This document shows, one piece after another, positions 22,826 through 36,088 of a DNA stretch of 64,000 bases. The notes beneath the pieces are model-generated. The model was given only the letters and a program-made list of their open reading frames with translations, did not search any database and had not been told where the DNA came from. How positions within the stretch are numbered: position 1 is the first letter of the stretch; each line of letters opens with the position of its first letter. Source of the stretch: Octopus sinensis (taxonomy: Eukaryota). Where the stretch lies: contig NC_043002.1 of the NCBI RefSeq assembly GCF_006345805.1, positions 50,344,001 to 50,408,000 of the forward strand. The letters run 5' to 3'. A program made the translations under genes and the position numbers.

Positions 22826-23990
22826 AAATATTGAACATCATTAAAATTGCCTATGCAGTTGTGTGGGGAATTAAGAGTATGTGAAGAAATAGGAGAATAT
22901 TTTGGTGAAAAGTCTTTGTTTCGTGTTACTATTTCCAGCTATGTTAATGATTTTCTCGTAATGACTGTCTGAACATTACAGTTCCTTTATATTATTAGAA
23001 ATATTGGTATTGGTAAAAATCCGGTTAGTAAAAGTCTTATTATTTGGTCCATAGTTGTTAAATTTTTTTTCCGTTTTATGGTGGAGTTATCTTTACAAAT
23101 AAGCTTCTTAGAATTAAGTTGTCCGCCAGGGCGTTCCAATTCATGATGGTGTTTGGAATTTGTGGTGTGTTTATTGAAATTCATATCCTTATAGCTCTTG
23201 TTATGATTGGAAAACTCATTGTTAATTTTGTTGTACTTAATTTGATATTTATAACCAGCATTCCTAAGAGCCAGATTGTAATAGTCTTTATGCTTATTAA
23301 AAATTTCTTCATTTGAGGATACTGAGTTAATTCTTATTTTCAATATTATAAGGTATGTTATCAAGATTATTAGAAGGATGATTGCTATGCGCATGAATAT
23401 AAGTAATATTGCTATTAGGATTATGGTATGGTTGGTAAGCTGAAGTAGTGAGGTTAAAATTTGCATCCAAGAAGTTCACAGAAGTGTGATCCTGATCGAT
23501 GGTGATGGTAAGTCCATGGCTTTTGACAAATTTATGTAATCTCTTCTGATATATTTCGATTTTACGGTTGGAGGCATTTCGAACTACAAACAGAGCATCA
23601 TCCTTATAGAGACCACCTTTAAATTCTGGGAGTTCCTCATGGAGTAAGTGTAGTAAATAAATCCCGACTAAGTCTGTGACTTCGGCTGAATCTTGCGCGC
23701 CCATTGGTATATCAAAGCAATCTGGCGTGTCCTTTGTAGTCCAAAATTTGGACTTGGTGATGAATTATGGTCTTCCTGGTCTCAAATATAACTTTTATTT
23801 CCTTCATTGATAAGTTAGTCCTATTGTTTACGAAAATAAGAGCCTTATTAAGTAGAACAGGGCTAATCAACTGATAATAACTATCAAAGTCAAATTGGAT
23901 GAATTTTGATTTCTTCTTGTCATTTAAGCATTGAAACCATTTAATAGTTTCCAGTGTGTTTGACTATAGTGGAATTTAATTTTAGACGTC
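22110..23990 (-). mobile_element. Penelope-like retroelement: degenerate RT, poly-Asn linker, CNCR motif, start of GIY-YIG region
   Basis: KSKFIQFDFDSYY, FDIPMGAQDSAEVTDLVGIYLL, GGLYKDDAL (RT YxDD), VNFLDANFNL, YIHAHSNHP, SSNEEIFNKHKDYYNLALRNAGY, NIIWIIFPF, CNCRNP and IYIANVE, in PLE order with frameshifts. Confidence 0.88.
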
Positions 23991-24017
23991 TTTCTTTTTC
24001 TTTTTCGTCTCTCTCAC

Positions 24018-24076
<59 letters not shown>

Positions 24077-24197
24077 CCTTTTACAGCGTGTCTGAAAATA
24101 TCCGATTTTCTCTATTACCCTATCTGTATTCTCCCTTATTGTATCTTATATTATTTTATTTTATTAAACCTTTTTTTTGTTGTTCTTTCTAAAATTG

Positions 24198-24295
24198 CTC
24201 ACACTGATGAGAATGACAATGCATAAATTTAATTATAATTACTATGATTATAGTTTTTTTTCTTACATATTTCTATTGTCTTTCTAAACGTGCAT
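24198..24295 (+). ncRNA. Degenerate hammerhead ribozyme in inverted PLE pseudo-LTR
   Basis: CTGATGA at 24204-24210, stem II gaatgacaat/attgtctttc, then TAAAC in place of GAAAC. Stems I and III are eroded. Confidence 0.45.
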
Positions 24296-25077
24296 ATGTA
24301 TTAAATCCAATTTTGTATTAAATCTATTTTTTCATTCAACATCTTTTGCTCCTCCATTTTTGAATACTTGTTTATCGTATATTTATACCTATAATGAAAT
24401 TTTTCAACTATTATTTTCATATTCTTGTTACTAACTGCGGCTGTTTCTTTATGAATATGATGAATCTTTATAAGAAATAATTTTCTCTCTCCTTTTGGAT
24501 CTCTCAAAAGTTTGAATTGTTCTTTTTGAAATTATATATATATATATATATATATATTCTGACAAAGATGTGTGCTGGCAGCGAACAAAAAATTTCATCT
24601 TACTTCTAGGAAAAACATTTGATAAATGGACAATCCAGAATCGAATGTTCTAGTACCTAGGTTTCGGACTCTTCAAATACGTTTGTTATCGAGATTAGCC
24701 TTCTCGAGCCAGATTTACCTGGACAATATTTCAAATGTTGCTATATCAGTGCCAGTATACTCGCCTGAACGCCTAGCCGTTAACAGAACCGAGAACAGTG
24801 AAGAAGTTTTCAATGAAAAAATTAAAAATTGCATTACAAATGTAGTACTTTCCAGTCAAATATGTGTCTGTGTTTGTGTGTGTGTGTGTATGCATGCTTG
24901 TTTGTATACACACATATGTGTGTGTGTATATATAAGGCAGGTTTAGATGCAAAATAGGTTAGTCATTCTAGTGTACATCAAAGGAGAAAAAACTCACCTC
25001 TTTCATGACGATAGTGTGTTCAACACACTAAACTCTTTGGCAGAGGATTCGGGGCCATTGGAGTTTTGGTTTGTTTT

Positions 25078-25163
<86 letters not shown>

Positions 25164-25430
25164 TATACGACGGACTTCTTTCAGTTTCTGTCTACCACAT
25201 CCACTCACAAAGCTTTAATCGGCCTAAGACTATAGTAGAAACACTTGCTCAAGGTTCCACGCAGTAGGACTGAACCTGGAACCATGCGTTTAGGTATCAA
25301 ATCTCTTACCACGCGCTGGAAAACAAGCTTCTTATTACACACACATACACACACACACATATACACACACACATGCACACACGCACACACACACTCACAC
25401 ACACACACACACGCACACATATATATGTGA

Positions 25431-25660
25431 AGGCGCATGGCTCAGTGGCTAGAGCTTCGAGCTTACGATCGTGGGGTTGTGAGCTCGAATCCCGGACCGG
25501 GCTGCGTGTTGTGTTCTTGAGCAAGACACTTTATTTCACGTTGCTCCAGTTCACTCAGCTGTAGAAATGAGTTGCGTAACAGGTGCCAAGCTGTATCGGC
25601 TGTTGCCTTTCCCTTGGATAACCCTGGTGGCGTGGGGAGGGGTGGCCGGTATGCATGAAT
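25431..25660 (+). mobile_element. SINE family C (tRNA-Arg ACG-like head, CORE-like domain)
   Basis: ggcgcatggctcagtggctagagc...ttacgat...ctcgaatccc, then gtgttcttgagcaagacactttatttcacgttgctccagttcactcagctgtagaaatgag. Confidence 0.85.
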
Positions 25661-25719
25661 TCATAAATTCTGATGATCAAATGAACTTTCCTCCTTCTCA
25701 TTGGTAAATCGCATTAATG

Positions 25720-25930
25720 TATTCGTTATTATTTTACTTGTTTCAGTAATATAACTGCGGCCATGCTGAAGCGCCACATTTTAATCGAATAAACCAGCCC
25801 CAGGACTTATTGTTTGTAAGCCTAGTACTTATTCTATCGGGTTCTTCTGCCGAACCGCTATGTTACGGGCCGTAAACACACCAACATCGGTTGTCAAACA
25901 ATGGTGGGGGACAAATACACAGATAAATAG

Positions 25931-25978
<48 letters not shown>

Positions 25979-26659
25979 ATAATACAGTGATTGTTTCTTG
26001 TCGGGAACAAAAAGATTAATAGGACTGCTATAGAAGTGCTCTATTGAAAGAGACAAATATATCAAAATAAGGTTATAGAACAAACAAATGCAAGGTCATC
26101 CGCATAGCATTTCATAATTCGAACATTTAATCATAGAATATACATATAAACATCCCGCAAGATGGAACGTAATTCATCTGTACAAGCATATAAGCATATA
26201 ATAATAATAAGGTGCGACAAAAAAAAATTCTTTCCTCACAGTTTAGAGTTAATACTTTAGCGATTCAGAAAAATACATTAAAAAAAAAAAACCATTACAA
26301 CACCTAGAGAGTAAAAATATATTATAAAGTAATATATAAAAATATATAGGTATATAAAAATTTTTATATACCTATATATTTTTTATATATTACTTTATAT
26401 TATATTTTTACTCTCTAGGTGTTGTAATGGTTTTTTAAAAAAAAGTGTATTTTTCTGAATCTCTAAAGTATTAACTCTAAACTGTGAGGAAAAATTTTTT
26501 TTTCTCGCACCTTATTATTATTATATGCTTATACAGATGAATTATGTTCCATCTTGCGGGATGTTTATATGTATATTCTATGATTAAATGTTCGAATTAT
26601 GAAATGATATGCAGATGACCTTGCATTTGTTTGTTCAATAACTTTAGTTTTATATATAT

Positions 26660-26737
<78 letters not shown>

Positions 26738-26915
26738 CAGACACACACACGACGAGCTTCTTTCATTTTCCGTCTGCCAAATCCACTCACAAGGCTTTGG
26801 TCGGCCCGAGGCTATAGTAGAAAATACTTGGCCAAGGTGTAACGCAGTGGGACTGAACCCGGAACTCTGTGGTTTGGAAGCAAGCTTCTTACCACACAGC
26901 CACTCCTGCGCTTAT
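25720..26915 (-). mobile_element. SINE family A split at its central microsatellite by a palindromic insert
   Basis: 3' half at 25720-25930 and 5' half at 26745-26915, with (TA)n-palindrome-(TA)n between them. Confidence 0.7.
26064..26651. repeat. Spacer-less palindrome or foldback of about 590 bp
   Basis: Centre ...ggtatataaaaa|tttttatatacc... at 26360/26361. Arms of about 295 bp match as reverse complements with scattered substitutions and one 8-bp indel. Confidence 0.92.
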
Positions 26916-26974
26916 CCATGTATATATCTTCAAAACATATTAAGTACACTATATTTATATGCATTTATAAATAC

Positions 26975-27205
26975 CAGGCGGCGAGCTGGTAGAAACGTTA
27001 GCAGGCCGGGCGAAATTCGTAGCCGTATTTCGTCTGTCGTTACGTTCCGATTTCAAATTCCGCCGAGGTCGACTTTGCCTTTCATCCTTTCGGGGTCGAT
27101 AAATTAAGTACCAGTTACGCACTGGGGTCGATGTAGTCGACTTAATCCCTTTGTCTGTCCTTGTTTGTCCCCTCTGTGTTTAGCCCCTTGTGGGTAGTAA
27201 AGAAA
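26975..27205 (+). mobile_element. SINE family B, young full-length copy
   Basis: ggcggcgagctggtagaaacgttagc through tagccccttgtgggtagtaaagaaata. Confidence 0.9.
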
Positions 27206-27539
27206 TATATATTTATATGCATTTACACTTATTTCGCTATTAATGATTCTATTTCATATATCCCACTATATTCCTCTTACTTTTTTATATTTAACTTACT
27301 GAAAGGTATCGAATACTTAATTTCCCCCTATTTACACAGCATGCATGTATTCCTTGCTTTAAGCAAAAAAAAAAAAAAAAAAAATGACAGAAATAATTTT
27401 AAAATTACTGATTGAAAAACTCAGAAGACTGTGTTGTGTTTCTTTGTGTCTACACAAGAAACATTTTCCTTCAGGAATGTTTGCATTGAAGATGAATAAT
27501 AATGCTTATTATGAACATTTATAGCTATTGCACGGAATA

Positions 27540-28525
27540 CAGTAATCGCTTGAAATATCGCGGTTCACCTATCGCGCCCTCAGTACATTGCGGATTTTTC
27601 TGGCTAATATATGTAAATTTATATCGCGGACTCCTCAGTTTACCGCGGGTTTCTGCCACCGATAGGTATCTATATCTTTTTAGATTTTAATTATTTCTGT
27701 GGTAAAATAAGCATTTTCACACTTAAAAATTAATTAACTGATAAATTAAAATACAGTACTGCATTGTACAACACATTAATTAAAATATATTAAAAGAAAA
27801 TACGTCGTGTACCGTAGATGAGTAAACAAAGAATTGCACATACTGTATGGAAAACGAAACTCGGGGGGGGGGGGATGCGAGTGTGTGGTGTTGGTTTGCG
27901 TTTATAATAAAATAAATATATACAAATTATAAAAATATAGGAGTGGCTGTGTGCTAAGTAACTTGCTTACGAAGCACATGGTTCCGGGTTCCTTGGGTAA
28001 GTGTCTTTTCTACTGTAGCCTCGGAAAGAAACCCGTCGTAAAAAAATGTCCTGTTCCTTTGGTTTGTTTCTATGTTTTCGTTTCTCCTTATGTTCGACGT
28101 CCCTTTGGTGTCCTGTACTCATACATGCGTGTATATGTACATGTAGAGGTAGGTACGTACATATATGTTTATATATATGCATATGTTTTATTTCATTTAT
28201 TAATATATATATATATATATATACATATATGGTGTGTGTGTGTGTGTGTTTGTGGGTCTGTGCTTGTCCCCCCAACATCGCTTGACAACCGATGCTGGTG
28301 TGTCTACATCTCCGTAACTTAGCGGTTCGGTTAAAAACACCGATAGAATAAGTGCTAGGCTTACAAAGAATAAGTCCTGGGGTCGATTTGCTCCACTAAA
28401 GGCGGTGCTCCAGCATGGCCACAGTCAAATGACTAAAACCAGTAAAAGAGTAAAAGAGTATATATATACAGTACAGTACTGTTTCTATTTCGCGGATTTT
28501 CACCTCTCGTAGGGGTTTGGAACGT
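27540..28525. mobile_element. Tigger-type MITE interrupted by a full SINE family A copy (27937-28460, +)
   Basis: TA|CAGTAATCGCTTG TIR. cgcggattttcacct is homologous to 5822-6043 in the opposite orientation. Confidence 0.65.
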
Positions 28526-28647
28526 ATCAACGTAGAACAAAGAATGGATCATTGACTAAAACATATTGTACATATTAAAATTAATCATACATACATACGT
28601 ACATACATACATATATACACACACACACGCACATATATATGTATTTT

Positions 28648-28830
28648 GCCATGATAGATCCCTAACCACTACACATTATTTTCTCTCCTTGTTTCTTTCT
28701 GTGTTCGTTTTCGTGAAAGAGCGTAGGCTCGAAACGTTAAAGACTTTTTCACTTCCCGAGCGTTATACTAATACTTCTCTTTGTTGTTTACACCACTTGT
28801 CTTCGTCTTTTATTCTTTAGTGAATTCTCC

Positions 28831-28832
<2 letters not shown>
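28648..28832 (+). mobile_element. Hammerhead-bearing short element (copy 2)
   Basis: gccatgatagatc...aagagcgtaggctcgaaacgttaaagactttttcacttcccgagcg...gaattctcccc followed by (TA)n. Confidence 0.75.
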
Positions 28833-28879
<47 letters not shown>

Positions 28880-29329
28880 AGCACATACGTATATATACAC
28901 GCATACACACACACATATATGTGTACACACACACACACACACACATATAAGTACATATAGAGAGAAACGCACATACGTATGTATGTGCATATATCTTCAT
29001 CAACCGTATTTGTTACACCTTCTGTTTTCTGTATGACAGTGACAAAGACATACAACACAGTAGGAGGTCGTTAATGTTTATATGACACCTCAACGCAATG
29101 CTAAATGTTATTTTACTGTCTACGATATGTCGCTGTATTCCTCCTAATTTCATTTCAGTTTTCTCTTCTGAAATCAGGTCACTTTTCCTCATGCAAATTC
29201 CTGTAGAATGAAACAGCTTTATATCCAAGTTCCAATGGAAGTAAGTCGATTTCTCACCTCGTACGATAAGTTAGATTATTGCCCAAATTCTTGTAGATGC
29301 AAAGCAGTTTGCCGCCCATGCTCTTTGCT

Positions 29330-29575
29330 CTTTTACTTTGTTTCCGTCATTTGACTGCGGCCATGCTGGAGCACCGATTTTAGTCGAACGAATCGAATCC
29401 AGGACTTATTTTTTTTGTAAGCCTAGTATTTATTCAATCAGTCTCTTTTGCCGAACCGCTAAGTTATGGGGACGTAATCACACCAGCATCGGTTGTATAA
29501 CGACGGTGGGCGGACAAACACAGACACAAATATGCCAAACACAGACACAAATATGCCACACACACACACAAATAT

Positions 29576-29642
<67 letters not shown>

Positions 29643-29935
29643 ACGACGGGCTTCTTTCAGTTTCCGTCTACCAAATCCACTCACAAGGCTTTGGTCGGCT
29701 TGAGGCTATAGTAGAAGACACTTGACCAAGGTGATACGCAGTGGGACTGAACCTGAAACCATGTGGTTGTTAAGCAAGCCGCTTACTCCTGCGCCTACTA
29801 AATCCACTCACAAGGCTTTGGTCGGCTCGAAGCTATTGGTGAAGACACTTGCCCAAGGTGCCACACAGTGGGACTGAACCCGGAACCGTGTGGCTGGGAA
29901 GCAGGCTTTTTACCACACAGCCACGCCTGCGCCAT
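29330..29935 (-). mobile_element. SINE family A full copy plus a second 5' half
   Basis: Head present twice (about 29790 and 29930). Internal 21-bp aaacacagacacaaatatgcc tandem. Confidence 0.85.
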
Positions 29936-30223
29936 TTTTCCACATAAATTTCTATGGAAATACAATAGTTTGTTACTGAAGTCTCAACAAGACTGTGTGG
30001 TTAAGAATAGGCTCAGGTAATTGTGGTTGTGTGGTTTAGAAGCTTACTTTGCAACCTATTGGTTTCGGTTTCGAGTCCACGCTCGGTTCCACTTTGTACT
30101 TCCTTGGGCAGGTATCTTCTACTAAAGCCGACCGTCCAATGCCTTGCGAATATATTTGGTAGACGGAGACTGTGTGGAAGCCCGTCGTATGTATGTTTGT
30201 GTATGTGAGTATATATTCATGTA

Positions 30224-30267
<44 letters not shown>

Positions 30268-30599
30268 TGTGTGTGTACATACGGTTTTTATGCTTTGGAA
30301 TAGGTTCTCGAAATACATGTAAGGCAATAAATAATCCTTTCCACTACAGGCACAAGGCCTGAAATTTTTGGGAAGGGTAAATCCGATAACATCGACCCCA
30401 GTGCTTGTCTAATACGTATTTGATTGACGCCGAAAGGATGAAAAGCAAAGTCAACTGCAGTTATAAATAACGATTTGCAAATTTTGGCACGAGGCCAGCA
30501 AGTTAGTGGGGAGGAGATAAGTCGATTACCTCGACCCTGTTATTCAGCAAGTACTTATTTTATTGACGCCGAAAGGCAAAGTCAACCTCGGTGGAATTT

Positions 30600-30787
30600 G
30601 ATAAAGCTATAAATTATAGCATGTAAATATTGGTTGAAAAACTCTTTTGGATAGAAAAATGCAATGGTAGAGCGACTGTCATGTCTACAGGAGATATGGG
30701 TTCTGATCCCATGGGCAGCTTTTGACTTTTTCCATCAAATAGTGATTTTTCGACTCAATATTTACATGCGGTTATTTATAGCTGTAT
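30600..30787 (+). mobile_element. MITE-like element, about 60-bp TIRs around a tRNA-like A/B-box core
   Basis: TIRs at 30600-30659 and 30727-30787 (roughly three-quarters identical by eye). Spacer contains TGGTAGAGC (A box) and GGTTCTGATCCC (B-box-like). Confidence 0.65.
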
Positions 30788-31191
30788 ATGTAATTCGAGC
30801 ACCAATTAAAAAAAATCAACGTTCTCTCGAAAGTTTATAAAATTCTAATGACGTTAACAGCACACAGTTTTAATTTAATGCTGTTTCAAGCTTGTATATT
30901 AAATCAAATTGTAGTTTGATTTAGCTATCACATATATCAGTACATGTTTTGGTTACCGATTTCTATAAAGGAACAAGCATTTTCACTTTAGCTCAGAACG
31001 TCTGGAGATTTCGTCACTGAGTGGGTAAAAACATGTCGAAACATCGTGTCTACCAATCCACCAGCATTCTTGGCAAAACTGCTTTTTAACGCACGAGTCT
31101 CTGCGAATTTTCTCTTTGACAAACCATCACAGCTAGTGCCTTTCCACATTTGTATATACATTATATATATATATATATATATGTGTATAAA

Positions 31192-31963
31192 CTAGCAGCA
31201 TAGCCCGGCGTTGCCCGGGTAAGAAACTTTGTCGATAAGCAATGCTCTTTACCTTTTTACCCTTTTTTGTACTCATTGAACCGTTATTTTGTAAAATGAA
31301 GCCTAAAACGCATTAAGGCATTCAAGGCACCGTTCCCTTGCATGCATGAAGAAGTAGGGAAAATCTATGTGAACTTTCAAAAAATATCGCAGAAAAATCG
31401 GTTTGCTATGTGTGCCACATATGATGTAATTAACCGATTTTTTCCAGTTATAACATATCCTATTGGAACCAAAAGGGCCATATAGCTCCTTGGAGCAGAT
31501 ATGATGCTCGCTGTGAATTTCAAAAAAAATTCCTGCCAATTTGTTAAAGATATTGTCGAAAATATGTCATCTTGAATTTGAACGCGATTTCCCAAAATGG
31601 CATGATTTTATCGATTTTTTCTGATGGTAAGGTATTGCATGGAAAACTAACGTCAGAATTAAGTTCCTTAGGGTAACATTAAGCTTCACCATGAGTTTGG
31701 TGAAAATCGATTGCAAGTTGCGAAAACTACAACGGAAAATGTGTTGCATATGATAAGCTTAGATTCTGGACCCCATGTCAAATTTATCGATTTTTTTCAG
31801 AACTGGGGGAACTTTTCAAAATTTTCGCTGCGTTAGTTTTGAATTATGACATTGGGCTATGTGTGTGTCAAGTTTCATCAGAATCGGTTGAAAGCCGTGG
31901 TCAGGGTGATGGTACAACCTGACAGACACACAGACAGACAAACTGCCTTTTATATATAGAGAG

Positions 31964-31964
<1 letters not shown>
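31192..31964 (-). mobile_element. Non-autonomous Helitron, about 773 bp, complete
   Basis: Minus strand: A|TCTCTCTATATATAAAAGGC 5' end, short (CTGT)n, and 3' CCCGGGCAACGCCGGGCTATGCTGCTAG|T. Inserted between A and T with no TSD. Confidence 0.88.
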
Positions 31965-32034
<70 letters not shown>

Positions 32035-32474
32035 ATGTATGCAGTATGTATATATATATTATTATTAATATTAGGAAATCAATATTAGAAAATTATTCAG
32101 AAAGATATATACGTGTGTAAAATAATTGTTGTATTAAAAATATAAATATATATAAATATATGTAAATATGTATAAGTATAAATATATAATATATATATGA
32201 CAGTTTAAAAGTTTTGAGTTAAGTTTTAAAGCATCTTACGTTCGTTTCGCAGAAGTGTTGTCCCTATAATAGAATCCTATATTGATAATGCATTTTTGAA
32301 TATTGATTTCCTGATATTAATAATAATATATTATAAAAAATATATATAATCGCTCGTATTAAATACATAAATACTTTAATAGTATTAATACTCTGGTACA
32401 ATAGAGCACTCAATATAGATTCAGTATATGATACTCTCATTGAATATATTTAACTAAAGATTTATATATATATA

Positions 32475-32530
<56 letters not shown>

Positions 32531-32799
32531 ATATATATATATACTGGTTTTAATTTAATGCTGTTCAAGGACATGTATCAATTATATTTCTTATTTCTAA
32601 AGGCCATTTATTGAAATCTTGATATTAATGAGTAGTTTGCTAACGACGAATATGCTAATCGATCAATTACTTATAGATAAATTTGCTTATCGGTGATTTG
32701 TTAGCCGTTAAAATGTTGGTCTGTGAATTTCCCTTTAGCCGCATCTTCGCAGAGAAGGGTGTTGCTGATAGTTTCGTTGCTGTTGTTGTAGTTGTTGCT

Positions 32800-33000
32800 G
32801 TTGTGTTGTTGTTGATGATGATGATGATGCGGAGGAGCTGGACGATGGTGACAGCGATGGTGGTGGTAGTGATGATGGGGATGATGATAATGATGATGAT
32901 GACGACGACGACGACGATGATGATGATGGTGATGATGACGACGACGACGACGACGACGATGATGATGATGATGATGATGATGACGACGGACGACGACGAC

Positions 33001-33051
<51 letters not shown>

Positions 33052-33290
33052 GATGATGATGAAGATGATAGTGATGTTGATGACTATTATAATGGAGGCA
33101 GCGATGACGATGGCGATTTTGATGAGAATGATGCCGATCACGATTGCGCTGCTGCTGTCGTTGTTGCTGCTGTTGCTGTCGCTGCAGCTGCTTATGACGA
33201 TGATGATGATGATGATAAGGGGGAGGAGGAAGAGGAGGAGGAGGATGAAGACGACGATGACGACGACAGCGATGATAGTTAGTAGCGGGT
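32800..33290. repeat. (GAT/GAC/GAG/GCT)n trinucleotide complex
   Basis: Directly visible; produces the poly-Asp and poly-Met ORF. Confidence 0.95.
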
Positions 33291-33352
33291 TGGTGAATAG
33301 GTCGGTCGGTTGGCTGGTTGGTTGGTTAATGAGAGTTACGTGCATGTGTGCT

Positions 33353-33419
<67 letters not shown>

Positions 33420-33759
33420 CTGTGTGTACGTGCATTAGGGCTAGTAGTGTGGTTGTGTGATGGCTGATGTTTCCAAGCAAGCAAGATATGATTGGTTGAG
33501 AAGAAAGACGGAATCTTTACTATATCAATGTCAAAGAGACTCTCATCAAACTCTACTTATTCATACATATTAGGGGCAAAGTTGGCCCTAAAATGATAGG
33601 TCAGCATATCCGTGCTTTTGACAGGACAGCTTACGGTCCTTAATGAAGAGGCTGGGGGCTGAAGATGGTGGTTGTGCATAGCAGTAAGTGTTTGTGAAAC
33701 TTCAGAGTGCTTGGCTAGATGGGTGGTGCTGATGGGGGAGAGAGTGCGAGGAGAAAGAG

Positions 33760-33780
33760 TGAGAGATTGAATACAACAGA

Positions 33781-33817
<37 letters not shown>

Positions 33818-34525
33818 TGTGAGAGAGAAGAGAGAGAGAAACAGGTGTAAGTACTTGCATAAAGATAATGGCAAACGAAGGAAGAAAGACAGAGAGAGAG
33901 AGAGAAAAAAAAGAGAGAGATGGAGGGAGAAAAGAGAGAGACAGGGAGGAGAGAGAGAGGGAGAAGAGAGAGAGAGAAGGAGGAGAGAGAGAGAGAAGGA
34001 GGTGAGAGAGAGGGAGAAGAGAGAGAGAGAGAAATAGGGAAATCAATGTATATACATACGTGTAGATATATATATTCGCAAAATCACACACACACATACA
34101 CATACACACACATATATATGCATATGTATACACAAACATATGTACACATCTGTACGTCTGTACATGCATACAGATACACACACACACACACATAAATACA
34201 TACATATATACACACATACATACATACATACATGCATACACACATACATACATACATACATACACACACACATACATACATACATACATGCATACATACA
34301 TACATACATACATACATACATACATACATACATACATACATGCACATACATACATGTATGTGCATGTATAACGATATTCGTATTTTCTGGTGTACATCGT
34401 GGTGCATAGTCTTGCATGTGTATTGGATTATATTATTTTGCTCTACATCACTCTATTGAGCACTTAGTATCTATTACATAGAGATATACTGATCTATCAA
34501 TAAACTAATGGGACAATATATATAT

Positions 34526-34569
<44 letters not shown>

Positions 34570-35012
34570 CATACTATAATACATATGTATATATAATATA
34601 TTATTACAAACCAATACATAAGAGTATATATATGTTATAAAGCAGTAGGGAGTTACTTGATAAGATGAAGTGTAGATTATGAGGAAATGGAGATAAGAAT
34701 TGCAGAAAGATGGTGAAGGTGAAGGGATATCATATGTAATGAATCTAATTACTCCTTCCCGCCCTCCCCCCTTGCCTCCCTCCCCTCTTGCCTCCCTCCC
34801 CTCCTCACCTTCCTAGCTGTCTCTCTTGTCTGTCTTTTCCTTGTTTCTCTCTCTCTCCTATATATATATGTGTGTGTATGTGTGTGTGTGTGTGTTTGTG
34901 TATGTGTGCGCGTATGCGTAAGTGTGTGCGTATGCGGTGAATGTATTTGTGTGTCTGTGTGTGAATGAGGATGAGCACATTTCGGTGTAAGTGTGTATGT
35001 GTGTGTATGCTT

Positions 35013-35044
<32 letters not shown>

Positions 35045-35164
35045 GAGAGAAAGAGAGAAAGAGAGAGTGAGAGAGAAAGAGAGAGTGAGAGAGAAAGAGA
35101 GAGGGAGGGTGCTTGTGATTGTGGGTGTAAAAGAGAGCGCGTGAGAACGTGAGGGAAAGAAAGA

Positions 35165-35234
<70 letters not shown>

Positions 35235-35380
35235 ATCTCTCACCACCCAAATTGATGGGCAGAAATGCAGGATGGACTTAGATGAAAGACCGAAAGTAGA
35301 AAGAAAAAGAAACAAAACACACACACAACAACAACAACAACAACAACAAAAACAAAACAAAACAAAATAAAAAAAAAACA
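33760..35380. repeat. Compound (GA)n/(CA)n/(CATA)n/(TA)n/(GTA)n microsatellite field
   Basis: Directly visible. Confidence 0.95.
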
Positions 35381-35424
35381 AAAGCAAAATGGACACCGGT
35401 GATTATGAAACTTTGGCGGGTGTT

Positions 35425-35524
35425 NNNNNNNNNNNNNNNNNNNNNNNNNNNNNNNNNNNNNNNNNNNNNNNNNNNNNNNNNNNNNNNNNNNNNNNNNNNN
35501 NNNNNNNNNNNNNNNNNNNNNNNN
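35425..35524. other. Assembly gap (100 N)
   Basis: Run of exactly 100 n characters. Confidence 1.
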
Positions 35525-35545
35525 TCAGGCACTTCTCTGCAACAC

Positions 35546-35561
35546 TCTTTCTTTCTTTCGT

Positions 35562-35627
<66 letters not shown>

Positions 35628-35693
35628 TTTCTTCTCTTCCTTCCTTTCTTCTTTCTTCTTTCTTTCTTCCTTCCTTCCTTCCTTCCTTCCTTC

Positions 35694-35734
<41 letters not shown>

Positions 35735-35741
35735 TTCCTTC

Positions 35742-35778
<37 letters not shown>

Positions 35779-35843
35779 TCCTTCCTTCCTTCTCCCTTTC
35801 TTTCTTTCTTTCTTTCTTCCTTTCTTTCTTTCTTCATTCCCTC

Positions 35844-35874
<31 letters not shown>

Positions 35875-35914
35875 TATTTCTTCCTTCTTTCTTTCTTTCT
35901 TTCTTTTTCTTTCT

Positions 35915-35948
<34 letters not shown>

Positions 35949-36046
35949 TTCCTTCCTTCCTTCCTTCCTTTCTTCCTTTCTTTCTTTCTTTCTTTCTTCC
36001 TTCCTTCCTTTCTTCCTTCCTTCCTTCCTTCCTTTCTTTCTTCCTT

Positions 36047-36087
<41 letters not shown>
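35546..36087. repeat. (CTTT/CCTT)n then (CTGT)n tetranucleotide tract
   Basis: Directly visible. Confidence 0.97.

Positions 36088-36088
<1 letters not shown>

Noticed and set aside
25431-25505. tRNA-Arg-like sequence (also 5410, 36555, 39867, 49915)
   Set aside because: These are SINE heads that continue into SINE bodies and have imperfect cloverleaves; no functional tRNA gene is supported.
31010-31075. ctgagtg...gaaacatcgtgtc hammerhead-like remnant
   Set aside because: The core and stem II are too degenerate to support a call.
32683-33282. 199-aa acidic poly-Asp/Met ORF resembling a shell-matrix-type acidic protein
   Set aside because: It consists of concatenated trinucleotide repeats, is open on both strands, and has no convincing splice signals or unique domain.
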